64,000 bases of DNA from Octopus vulgaris (taxonomy: Eukaryota), in the NCBI GenBank assembly GCA_951406725.2, contig OX597827.1:49166001-49230000 (forward strand), in the 5' to 3' direction. This document shows, piece after piece, positions 1 to 11,774 of the stretch; position 1 is the first letter of the stretch, and every line of letters starts with the position of its first letter. The position numbers and the translations under genes were made by a program. The notes below the pieces were generated by a model. It was not told the DNA's origin, did no database searches, and saw nothing but the letters and a program-made list of their open reading frames with translations.

Positions 1-139
1 TCGATTACTCCAGCTCTTGTCTGTCCACGTCTCTTTTTTTTCTCTTATTTTATCAACGACACTGCGACTCTCTCTCTCCCTCACTCTCCCTATTTCTTAC
101 TCTGGTATGTTGTGTGTGTATATATATTTATATACATAC

Positions 140-184
<45 letters not shown>

Positions 185-1460
185 TATACACATGTGTGTG
201 AGAGACATAAAAAGATATACGCCACCATGTTAACGGAAAGTTTTGTTGTTGAATTTTGTATACATTTACCCGTACGTAAGAACTTGGAATATTTTACTGA
301 GTAAAGCCATTATGTTGCACGTACTTTATTATATATCTATACGCGTGTTGTGTAGGTGGAATAATGAATATATATATATATAATATATATATATATATAT
401 ACACACATATATAGCGCCAGCGTGTGTGGTGTGAGTAAGAATGGAAAAATTGTGACAGGTGTTACGCAGGCGAGTTATTATAGATGCACTCGTATATATC
501 TATATACGCCTACCCACTCATTTATTTGTATATATATATGTGTGTATTTAAATTTCATGCAATGGTGTGTGTGTATGAGAGAGAGATATGCATGCGCATC
601 TTTAGAAATTAGGGGCTGCAATTACACTACAGCGCATAAGTGTGTGTTCGTGTGTGTGTGTCTGTATTTATGTATATTTATGAGTAGCCATAGATTTAGT
701 TTCACTTTTTATGTGATCAGCTGGGCTTAATGTATTCGGCGAGTTACTGTTTGTTTTTCAGTTCAAGTCGTAATGCCATCCTGCTTCTGTGCATGCATGC
801 GGTTCTGTATGTGTGCGAGTGAGTGTTGCAGAAAATTTTGCCTCTGGAGTAAAAACGCGCACATTTGCAGACAGAATCATGTGTGTATGAAAATACAGAT
901 AGGCAAATAGATAGATAGATAGACAGATAAATAGACAGACAGACAGATAGGTAGATAGATAGGTAGGTAGGTAGATAGATAGATAGATAGATATGCACGC
1001 TTGCGCACATACAAACACGTTTACACAGAAAGAGATGTATGCATGATTGTGTGTGTGTGTGTGTGTGTATAATAAATATGTGTGTGTGTATGTATATATA
1101 TATATATATATATGTTTATGCGTGTGCATGTGTGTAATTTTATGAATACGTACAATACATTTTTTTGTTTCCGCACACACACACACTATAAATACACACA
1201 TACAAATACAAGTGTGCATGCATGCATGTGTGGGTGTGCGCGCGCGTTACTGTAAAAACATTAACCGAGAGGGAAAAAAATCAATAGATGGAGTTAAAAC
1301 ATTGATTTTTCTAAAAACGGTGAAAGTGGTTTGAAAGTTTCCTTTAAGTGGACTCGTCACACATGTTTTTGATACGCACACTTTGTGCAGTAAGCATTGC
1401 TGAAACTTCGAAGTGTCCGTCACAAATTTTCGGCATTGTGTGTGTGTATATATATATATA

Positions 1461-1902
1461 GGATCTTTTCGATCTCAACGGCAGTTTTTTCTAGCGGTGT
1501 CATATGAAATTGTCACCCTTAATTATGACCCTAGTATCGATCTATTGCATTTCAATCAGTTTCAGGGTTAGGGTTAGTTAAGGTTGGTTAGTGTTAGGTG
1601 TTGGGGAAGGGTATCTTTTTTTCTTCAGAAATGTAAATAAACCCAATCTGTTTCTGAAACGAGGGACATATTCATACGGCACAGAATGTTTTTTACCTCA
1701 ATGGACGTCATTGATTGGTTGAAATTGCAGAAATTAAAGAAAAAAGCAACAAATATCTTACAAACCATAGGATTTTCTCAATAAAGCCAAGAGAAAAAGA
1801 TCCAAGATGTTTTATAAACACATTCTACCAGTATACGAAGTTTAAAATTTTTTAGTTACCTAGAAATTATGTTAAAAACTGCCGTTGAAACCGAAAAGAT
1901 CC
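1461..1902 (+). mobile_element. Non-autonomous DNA transposon (MITE), GG-terminated TIRs, copy 1
   Basis: ~28-bp TIRs GGATCTTTTCGATCTCAACGGCAGTTTT / AAAACTGCCGTTGAAACCGAAAAGATCC; sits in (TA)n; reverse-orientation copy at 53031-53448; internal GGGTTAGGGTTAG. Confidence 0.9.
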
Positions 1903-1930
<28 letters not shown>

Positions 1931-1937
<7 letters not shown>

Positions 1938-2202
1938 GGAATAAATCCAAACTTACAGGGAAAAATTAGATTTAGGATTAAATCCAATTTTTATAGTATA
2001 AATATATTATATTACATTATATTAAATTAGAGATAAAACCACTATTAGGCAAATCAAACAGTGAAAAACATAAGCCAATACATAAAATTAATTTAAAAAT
2101 ATAAAAGTTAAAAATAAAAACTTTTATATTTTTAAACTAATTTTATGTATTGGCTTATGTTTTTCACTGTTTGATTTGCCTAATAGTGGTTTTATCTCTA
2201 AT

Positions 2203-2209
<7 letters not shown>
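1931..2209. mobile_element. Fold-back element (unpaired tail + ~91-bp inverted arms) in (TA)n; probable Penelope-like pLTR remnant
   Basis: 2019-2109 is the reverse complement of 2119-2209 with one mismatch; unpaired 1931-2018; (TA)n on both sides. The PLE assignment rests on architecture only. Confidence 0.65.
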
Positions 2210-2267
<58 letters not shown>

Positions 2268-2345
2268 AACAATTCCAAATCGAATAAAAACGAACGATAC
2301 ATTAGCTTGATGCTCGGTGAATGGAGAGATGCACACGGGCGTACC

Positions 2346-2518
2346 TTGGGTAAAATAAAATACAGGAGGATCAGTTAATTATGATTTTATTCAACGCATT
2401 CCCTTCTTAGATTCACTTATTTATTGCAGCCGTCCTTCAGTTTTTCTAAGACCTGTAAAAGAGCTTGGGGAGTTGCGCCACGTGATACCCTTAAAACCAG
2501 GAACTTTTCAGCACCCCA

Positions 2519-2519
<1 letters not shown>
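2346..2519 (-). mobile_element. Mariner-derived non-autonomous element fragment
   Basis: Minus strand begins TA|CTGGGGTGCTGAAAAGTTCCTGG (mariner-type TIR) and contains a decayed transposase C-terminus (KLKDGCNK*VNLRRECVE*); second TIR missing. Confidence 0.6.
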
Positions 2520-2560
<41 letters not shown>

Positions 2561-2629
2561 AGTCATTAGACGAAATATTATTCATATAGAAAAATATATA
2601 TATATATATATTTACACACACACACTTTG

Positions 2630-3005
2630 CGCTTGTTTGATTCGTTATTTTGCGACCATGCTGGAGCACCGATTTGACTGGTTTGAATTAACACAATGCC
2701 TCAAGTGCTTATTTTTGAATCTGCTACTTACTGGCGCTTATTTTAGCGGTTTCTCTTGCCGAATCGTCAGGATACGGATACGTAAACAAACCAGCACCGG
2801 TTGTCAATCGATGAGGTGGGAATAAACGCGAAGACAAAGACCACACGCATAAACACACGCAATCACTGTTTCCACTTACCAAATCATCATTTATTCACAA
2901 GGTCTTAGTCACCTCGGGGCCATGGTAGATGACGCTTCCCTAAGGTGTCTCGCAGTGGGACCGAACCCGAAATCGTATGGTTACTAAGCGAGGTACTTCA
3001 CAACA
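2630..3005 (-). mobile_element. SINE family C, decayed copy
   Basis: Similar to 8951-9363 and 51009-51395 (GACCATGCTGGAGCACC tail; CGCAGTGGGACCGAACCCG head). Confidence 0.7.
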
Positions 3006-3112
3006 CACACACCTACACACATGAATGTTTGTTTTTATATATATATATGGAAGCAATTGAAAATTAGCGGCAAGATTATGCAGTTCTTTTAGTCGGGTAT
3101 ATATTTATTTAG

Positions 3113-3352
3113 TGGAGGCGAGTGGCTTAGTGGTTAGGGTGTTAGCCTCATGATCGTCAGATTGTGGTTTCGATTCCTGGACCGGATGATGCGTCGTGTT
3201 TTTGAGCAAAACACTTCATTTCACGTTACTCCAGTCCATTCAGCTGGCAAAAATGAGTAACGCTGCGATGGACTGGCGTCCCGTCCAGCTGGGGAACACA
3301 TACGCCATTGAAACCGGGCCCATGAGCCTGGCTAGGATTTAAAAGGGCGCAT
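3113..3352 (+). mobile_element. tRNA-head SINE, head 2 + V-domain-like body
   Basis: Pol III A box TGGCTTAGTGG, B-box-like GTTTCGATTCC; body GCGATGGACTGGCGTCCCGTCCAG shared with 3691-3992. Confidence 0.8.
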
Positions 3353-3690
3353 TTATTTTTTCTTATATATATATTTATTTACTTTAACACGGAAAATGTT
3401 GACAGTAACTTTTGATGTCGATGGATTCAATATGTAAGCATGTTTGCGTGTGTGTGTGTTTCCTGCAAAGCAGCGGGAATCTGAAGAACTGAAATAACTT
3501 GAAATATTCAAAAGCCTGGCTCTCGGTCAAAAATCTAAAATACATTCTGTCTTTACATTTGATGTTCAGAAAAAGAGATCTGTGCGCGCACAGCAGCTCC
3601 CACCACACAATCACGCACGCGCGTGTATTTTAGCCCGGCGTGATAGCAATTCTACCAGATCATCTTAATGATGATAATAACAATGATAAT

Positions 3691-3992
3691 GGAGGCGCAA
3701 TGGCCCAGGGGTTAGGGCCGCGGACTCGCGGTCGGAGGATCGCAGTTTCGATTCCCAGACAGGGCGTTGTGTGTGTTTATTGAGTGAAAACACCTAAAAC
3801 TCAACGAGGCTCCGGCAGGTGGGGGTGGCGACCCCTGTTGTACTCTTTCGCCCCAACTTTCTGTTACTCTTTCTTCCTGTTTCTTAAGTAACGCTGCGAT
3901 GGACTGACGTCCCGTCCAGCTGGGGGGATCACATACGCCATAGAAACCAGGAAACTGGGCCCATGAGCCTGGGTAAGCTTCAAAATGTCGCA
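3691..3992 (+). mobile_element. tRNA-head SINE, head 1 + V-domain-like body
   Basis: 5' ~190 bp match 28473/57465 copies; 3' part matches 3255-3352; flanked by (AAT)n. Confidence 0.85.
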
Positions 3993-4020
3993 TAAAAAAA
4001 ACAATGATAATAATAAAAAT

Positions 4021-4054
<34 letters not shown>

Positions 4055-4377
4055 GTAATAATAGTTGAGTTGTTAAAATTGTTTGCCCAAGGGCTCCGGT
4101 TTCTATCCTACTTCGAGAATCGTGGATACGTTTTTTGTATTCCAACACATGTGAGTGAAATCGTGTAGACGGAGACTTAATCTAAACTAACGAACACACC
4201 ACGTTAAGCGAAAGAAATTCTACATGAAGATTATGCTAAGGTAACACGTGTTTCTGGAATTCTCAGCCACATATATATTCGATCATTTAACGAGTAATTT
4301 GTGTAGTTCAAAGAACAAGTGGATTATTGATTAACGAAACCGACGACAGATTTATCTATGTATGTATATACATATGT

Positions 4378-4497
4378 GCGTATGTATGTATGTATGTATG
4401 TATGTATGTATGTATGTATGTATGTATGTATGTATGTATGTATGTATGTATGTATGTATGTATGTATGTATGTATGTATGTATGTATGTATGTATGT
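4378..4497. repeat. (TATG)n microsatellite
   Basis: Perfect tetranucleotide run of ~120 bp. Confidence 0.95.
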
Positions 4498-4710
4498 AGT
4501 GTGTGTGTGTGTGTGAATGGACGAGTTTTAACTTTGAGGTTTTCGCTTTGATTTACAACTGATGACTAAGAAAGAGACAGCTGACATATTGATATTCTAT
4601 AATATGAAATGCTAATATATTTTTTAATATCAAGTTTATATGTGTGAATGCATGTATCTTCAATTTACATGCATGCATGTGTGTGTGCATGATCTTGCAT
4701 ACACACACAC

Positions 4711-4767
<57 letters not shown>

Positions 4768-4859
4768 ATTATGTATGATATGTATCTTTGTATACGTGTA
4801 TATATGTGAGTGTATGCATGCATATGTGTGTATATATGTAGTACGAGTGTGAACGTATG

Positions 4860-4905
<46 letters not shown>

Positions 4906-6829
4906 TGGAAACAGTGACTGCGTATGTTTGTGTGTGTGTGTGTATGTGGTCTTTGCCTTGGCATTTATCCTTCACCTCACTGCTTGACAATCGGTGCTGG
5001 AACTTGACTGATGAAAGAAAGCCACGAATGACATATCTTCTTTTGCCTGTCCTTCTAATTGTTGTTTCTCTTGCCCGCCTTTGCATTGTCTATCTGTCCG
5101 AACGTTTTAATGCCCTCTAGTAAGATCCAAGGATCGAGATGTAGGAAGAAACTTAGCTTCTAGCAAACCGTAGTAAATATATAAAAAACAACATTCAGGA
5201 GCAATAGTGTTTTAAAGCGGAAGGTTGTAGATTTATTTCCGTAACATATGTAACCTGGATATTATCCACTCCATTCACCTAACTCTTATATATTAGTATG
5301 CATTATACATACAGGTGTAAATTTTATTCTTTTCTGTATGCATGTCCATACAGTTTATGCATATTCATGCACCAACGCATGCATGAAAATAAAAAAAAGA
5401 TGGCGTGAGAGTTGGTACGTTTTATCCAACCGTGTAACTCCACAATCGAGGTTACGGACCCGTTAGAAACACTCGCACCCTTTATTCAAATCAAACCCGC
5501 AAATCATTGTCGCCAGATATCTGCTTCCCTCGTAATAATTTTCTTATGTGTGTCGTATCTCTTCCACCAGGAGCACACAAGTGACAAATACGTTTAAGAG
5601 ACATTTTACCGACTGTGATTCGCAAAGTAACGTTTGTATTCGTCACGTGGTTCGTGGGAGAGCTTGTGATATTACAATACGCTTCCTCTTGAAGGAAACT
5701 GTAACACGAGTTCATAAGAGCGTGAACAGAGTGTCCATTTCTCGAGAGCTGAAAACGAAGAAAAATTTTTTTCTCTGTTTCCCAAGGGAGAATTTGTTTT
5801 CAGAAACTTCGGTGAGATTTCTCTGAATGATATACTGACTTAAGAGAGACTACACGACACGTAAGTACAAACCTATAAATACATCATCCAATTAATCTTA
5901 TGTATACCGGACATTGTTACAGGATCTTAAGGATCTTTTACGAGATCTGAATTAACGAGGGAACCTCTCTGGGTAACGAGGGATCTTTTACATAGCCGCC
6001 TGACCCGCCAGAAATAAGTTTAAACCTCGCGAAAAAAAGGCGTAAAGTTTTATATCCTTTGTTGAATAAAACACGACTATGCGATAATCTTGGTCCTTCT
6101 GGATCGGGGATGATCTGAGATTATGCAACAATTGTCATGCAAACTGAACCGACGAAGGAATCCCTATGTGGTCATTCAATCTCCTAGAAATAGCAGGGAT
6201 AATTTACCTTCCGAAATAGGTCAATTTAGGTAATGTAGTTCTAGATGCACAATACATGAACTAAAATAAAGACGGGTTAGTAAGACCTTTAATGACAAAC
6301 CCGTTGGATCAGCGCTTATTCGTGGCTGAACAATCAGCGAGTGACATCTCATTTAGTCTTCGTTATACATGGAAGAAAACAACTTATTTTCAGGTTATTT
6401 GTTTAATTTTATTTTAATACTGGTGAAACTTCAGCATCATTACATAGATGTTTCAGTCCAATTGACTTACGGCTCGATCGTCGGTTCGCTACATTTTCCA
6501 ATTGGAAAGACGATAATGGCAATCGGTGTAATCCCAAGAGAGATGCGAAATTTCTCAAAAGTATCTAGTCTGTTGTTGATTTTCTCTTTGATGTCTGTAT
6601 CCTTCACAAATTAAGATCTGGTAAAGACACACAGACACACTCACGCAGAGCTGGTTTCCATCAAATTCTACTAACAAAGGCTACATCAGATGGGTGCAAC
6701 CTTTTTTAGGTGATTAATAAAATTCACGAAGAAAATTTCATCAGCGACCGAGAGTATTTTTATTTTTAGTAGCATTTATATTTCAAAGTTTAGGGACTCG
6801 TGTTTAAACCTCAGCATTCACTTGGCTAT

Positions 6830-6950
6830 TTTATCGACACGAAAGAATGAAAGAAAATGTCGATCTCGACAGAATTTGAACCCAGAACGTAGACTGATGA
6901 AATACCCTGAGTGTTTTTGTCTCGCTAATATTTCTGGTAGCTCGCCGCTA
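6830..6950 (-). mobile_element. SINE family B fragment
   Basis: TTTATCGAC..GAAAGAATGAAAG..AATGTCGATCTCGACAGAATTTGAACCCAGAACGTA, a decayed match to 11964-12177. Confidence 0.65.
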
Positions 6951-7881
6951 TTTTGATGCTTTTGTGAATTTACTTTCGTTTTCAACTTTTGACTAATTCT
7001 TGTAGCAATAATAACGAACTCACTGGTTTATGAAACTGGTCGCGAGACACATATACTTTGATACGGAACATTGTTAGTACACTTGGATTACATCGTGCAT
7101 CACTGAGCCAGAGTAATAGATTCTTTTGTAGGATCGAATCTGGAATTACGTGACTATGAACATGTTATTGCAATAGCATAGCTGTAGTTTCGATGTAAGA
7201 CATCATTATCTATGTAGCACACTTTGGCCGGGTTGTTAATTTGTATGGTTGCATGCGTGAGAAACGTATACACGGCTGACCGATTACTAGAAAAAAACAT
7301 CCAACTATCCCTCAGATCATACTGTTATACCGCGTAAAAATGTAAAGGAGAAATCGTATAATATCTTAGAAATACCATGACTGCGATAAAAAATCCAACA
7401 AGCGGCAAATTGGAGCGGTCCTTAGAGTATCGGATAAAATGTCTTGCCATATTTGGTTCGATTCGCAGGGCTCTGAGGTTAAATTTTGCCTTTTCTCGTT
7501 GAAGGGTCCATTACGGGGCAGTGGATTGGCGCCAACTGTGAGACTTGTCCACGTGCCTTGTAATGTATCTGTTCCGATTCTATAAGTCCTGTCTTCACAG
7601 TTTCTTTAGGTGTTACACTTAATATGGTGCCGTTTCACAGATCCATGTAACATTTTGGATATCTTAAAGGATTCCACTTTGTTGGGGTCAAATCTCTGAG
7701 TTGAGAATACCTTCATTCTCCCACTCCTTCTTACCAATTTGGGAGGCTCTGTAAAGCCACCATGGGAACTGTCTTTCCTCCTGACTAAAAGCTAAAGAAA
7801 TAAATGTAAAAAAAAAAACGGCTGATGTAGGGTTAAACAATACACGCTCACAACAAGCCAATGAAGGATTACCGTTTACAT

Positions 7882-8155
7882 CGGCGTTTCTCAACCATTT
7901 TTTACCTATGGAATCCTTTTCTTCCTCTTTTACTTAGATGGACCCCGGCGTTGAAAAAGATCATATATTTTTCGAATTAAATATCATTAGGAAGTGTATA
8001 AGAAAATTAAAATATTTTGTCTATCGTAGAAATTATAACCAAGTTATTTTAGGTAAAATTTGACAAAATCTTATATTGACCCCTAAGGGCCGTATGGACT
8101 CCCAAGGGTCTTATGGAGCCGCAAGGGCCATATGGACCCCGTTTGAGAATCAATG
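7882..8155 (+). mobile_element. hAT-type MITE
   Basis: Decayed TIRs CGGCGTTTCTCAACC / GTTTGAGAATCAATG; near-perfect 8-bp TSD GTTTACAT / ATTTACAT; three subterminal CCCAAGGGCCATATGGAC-like repeats at 8080-8140. Confidence 0.75.
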
Positions 8156-8950
8156 ATTTACATGATCACCAGATATGCTAGAAATAACAGCTAAAAACGT
8201 GCTACAAAACCCAACGTCACGACAGTTTGACAAAATTGTAAATTTGAGAACATATTAAGAAATGAAATCCGAATTACGAAGTGAAAAAACGGGATGGTCA
8301 AGGCTGTACCGTCTTTATTAACTTCTGCTCGTAGAAAAGACTGAATGATATCATCGTCACTTTCACAGATTGAATTACAGTGTAAACATACACTAGTCGC
8401 TGGTGAAATAAACTGACAGATCGCTAATTCACCGGCTCATTAAGAGCAAGTGTGATTTTCAATAACGATATTCCTGTTATGTGTGTGTGTGAACAGTCAT
8501 GTGTTGGTAAATGTTAAAGCATGTGTGTGTGCGTATGTGTATAGTGATACTGTGAGCTGAAGGTAAATTGCGTATGTGCCTTAGTGTGGATTGTATATGT
8601 GTGTGTGTGTACATCTGCCTGTGGTTTATTTTCCATGTCAGGTGCATGTACACGTGGTGATGGTTGTTAATGCGAGCGTGTGTAGTGCTGACGTGTGTGT
8701 ATATGTTAAGGTTTCATTGTATTGGCGGTGTAATTAAATGTGTGTTGGAGGGTGTGTACGTATGTCCGTGTATCTACGCCAGTCTGTGTATGACGCGTTT
8801 ATACTTTCATATATGCGTGTGTGTATATATGCATATATATATATATATATATTTTATATATATGTTTGTGAGGTGAGTGCATCCTGTGTTTGCAAGAGAG
8901 CTTGTGTATGAAGTGTATATATGTGTGTATTTGCGTGCCTGTACTCGTTT

Positions 8951-9363
8951 ACTCTTTTACTTGTTTGTCATTTGACCGCGGTCATGCTGGAGCTCCGCCT
9001 TTAGACGAGCAAAGCGACCCCAGGACTTATTCTTTGTAAGCATAGTACTTATTCTATCGGTCTCTTTTGCCGAACCGCTAAGTTACGGGGACGTAAACAC
9101 ACCGGCATCGTTTGTCGAGCGTTGTTGGCGGCGGGAGGGACAAACACAGACACACAAACATATACACACACATACACACATACATATATATGCATATATA
9201 CGACGGGCTTCTTTCAGTTTCCGTCTACCAAATCCACTCACAAGGCTTTGGTCGGCGCGGAGCTATAGTAGAAGACACTTGCCCAAGGTGTCACGCAGTG
9301 GGACTGAACCCGGAACCATGTGGTCAGTAAGCAAGCTACTTACCACACAGCCACTCCTACGCC
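8951..9363 (-). mobile_element. SINE family C (tRNA-like head, CORE-like segment, internal TA/TG microsatellite), full length
   Basis: Reverse complement closely matches 51009-51395; head GGCGTAGGAGTGGCTGTGTGGTAAG...GGTTCAGTCCC; tail CCAGCATGACCGCGGTCAAATGAC..ACAAGTAAAAGAG. Confidence 0.9.
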
Positions 9364-9749
9364 GATATCTGTATGTTTACCCTGCTAATGAGTGTAGACA
9401 ATTGGTTTGTGTTTGAATACTAAGGGTGCGTATATGTGTCGATAAGTGTATGCGTATGTATATATATGTATGTTTACATATAAACGTTTGTGTGCATGAT
9501 GTTTGTATATGTATGTAAAATGCTATGGGCGTACGCCATGGAAGTTGCTGATTTGTTGTATGTGACTGTTTAATGTTAACATTTGTGTGTGTGTGTGGTT
9601 GTATTTGCGATTCTGTTAAGGTGTGTGTGTGCTCGCGCGCGCTTAACAAATGTTTGATGAATTATATCTTAATCAATAATCAAATATGATTATGTTCAAT
9701 CATAATTGATTATCCATCTTAATTGGTTTTAGTGATCGTATTTCGCATC

Positions 9750-9980
9750 GAATATATATATGTATACATACATGCATATATATATACACATATATATATA
9801 CACATACATACATATATATACACATATATACATACATATATATATATACATATATACATACATACATATATATACACATATACATACATATATATATATA
9901 CATATACATGCATATACATATATATATACATACATATACCCATACATATATAGATATATATATATGTGTGTGTGTGTGTG
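9750..9980. repeat. Compound (TA)/(CA)/(TACA) microsatellite
   Basis: Continuous degenerate dinucleotide run; source of five spurious ORFs. Confidence 0.95.
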
Positions 9981-10088
9981 TCTTTGGTATGGCAAACAGG
10001 AAAATAGAACTCAAAACATATATATAGGTAGGTAGGTAGGTAGGTGTGTGTGTGTGTTTGTGAATTCATTATGATTAGTAAACTTCTT

Positions 10089-10306
10089 AAGGCGGCGAGC
10101 TGGTAGAATCGTTAGCACGCCGGCCGAACTGCTTACCGGTATATCATCTGCCACTACGTTCTGAGTTCAAATTACGCTGATGTCGACTTTGCCTTTCATT
10201 CTTTCGGGGGTCGATGAAATAAGTACCAGTTACGCACTAGGCTCGATATAATTGACTAGCCCACTTCCGCAAAATTTTCGAGCCCTTCTGCCTAGAGTAG
10301 AAACAA
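10089..10306 (+). mobile_element. SINE family B (Meta/MESC-like central domain)
   Basis: AAGGCGGCGAGCTGG.AGAATCGTTAGC head, B box GAGTTCAAAT, core GTCGACTTTGCCTTTCATTCTTTCGGGGGTCGATGAAATAAGTACCAG; approximate TSD ATTAGTAAACT / ATTAGTGAACT. Confidence 0.85.
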
Positions 10307-10427
10307 CTATTAGTGAACTGCAGAAGTTACACTGATTCAACGGCTGAGGGTTTTGTTTCGGGCATTGCCATTCAAGAAAATCTTGGCCTTTCTGCTCAGT
10401 GACTTTTGCTGATTAGAAGTATATAGA

Positions 10428-10468
<41 letters not shown>

Positions 10469-10593
10469 CATACACACACACATAGAAACACATACACAGA
10501 CAAACAATTATAAATAAGGGCAAAAAGAAAAAAATGTTTGCATATATGCTGAAAAATAGACTCTAAATCGTCTAACGACATAAAATATTTTCA

Positions 10594-10631
<38 letters not shown>

Positions 10632-10632
<1 letters not shown>

Positions 10633-10965
10633 CAGAGATGTACTTGCATAGCAAGTGACCTGATCTGAGATTGTATGCTGAAACAAAAACAATTGCAGCG
10701 TGGAAGGTGCTTATAAGCCGTTTAAAAACACACAAAAACCGTTGGATTCACTTCAACATTTAAATTTAATTTGTCGAAATATTTTGGTCGCTTTGAAAAT
10801 GCGACCTGTTCACTGATAAAATTCCGTGAAGCACGGAATTTTGTCAGTGAACAGGTCGCGGTTTCAAAGCGGCGAAAATATTTTAACAAATTTCAAATTT
10901 GAATTTGATGTGAATCGAACGGTTGTTGTGTGTTTTTAAATGGCTTATAAACACCTCCACGCTGC

Positions 10966-10969
<4 letters not shown>
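10632..10969. mobile_element. Fold-back element family F1 copy 1 (tail + ~138-bp inverted arms), probable Penelope-like pLTR remnant
   Basis: 10691-10828 inverted at 10832-10969; ~60-bp unpaired tail; (TA)n both sides; second copy at 43305-43586. Confidence 0.85.
10840..10890 (+). ncRNA. Minimal hammerhead-ribozyme-like motif with G3-C8 core variant
   Basis: TTTGTCA-GTGAACA-G-GTCGC-loop-GCGGC-GAAA-ATATTT-TAACAAA; consensus of three arms restores GCGAC and TGACAAA. Confidence 0.6.
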
Positions 10970-11003
<34 letters not shown>

Positions 11004-11092
11004 TTATTTTATCATAAAATAAATTACTTTACTCTGCTATGTATTGAGTACCTTATTTACTGTGGTTAACCCCGACTCAACCCGGGACCTAC

Positions 11093-11127
<35 letters not shown>

Positions 11128-11774
11128 TGTATACCCACTAACACACACGTGCCCACATGCACAGCACGGATATATATTTGCATATGTTATATAAGCTGTG
11201 ATTCAGTTGATGATCTGACGCTTCATTGCTACTCGGAGTCTTAAAACCCTGATGCACACGTTCGATCGATCGCGCACAAAAGAGCAAATTGCTCTATGTT
11301 CTTAAGTATACCTTAAGCACATGAAACTCTGTATAGCAATAGAGCAGATAACATTATGTATTTATGTATCTGCACCTCCGTATGGTCGTGTGGCGGTGAG
11401 GATTGGGGGTGTGCATTTGCATATTCATGTAAGTACATGTATGGGTATGCGGATATGTCATCTATCTATCTATCTATCTATCTGTCAATATGTTGTGTGT
11501 CTGTATATCAGTGTGTACATGTCTTTTGTTTGTCCTTCTCACCGTTCGACAACAGGTGTTGCTTTGTTTACGTTCCCATAATTCAACTGTTCGGTAAAAG
11601 ACCCTCATAGAATGGGTAAGATATTTCTGAAAAAAGAAATAATAAATGAATAATAGAACGTACTTCGGTCGATTTCACCGATTAAATCTTTCAAGTCGAT
11701 GCCCCAGCATGGCCACAGTCCAATACCTAAAACAAGCAAAAAAAAAATAACAATATTTGTAAAGTAATACTGGT

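Noticed and set aside
17-1219. ORFs rich in YI/CV/HT repeats here and throughout (e.g. 9700-10069, 12812-13433, 46066-46675, 52012-52591)
   Set aside because: Translations of stop-free (TA)n, (TG)n, (CA)n and (TAGA)n tracts
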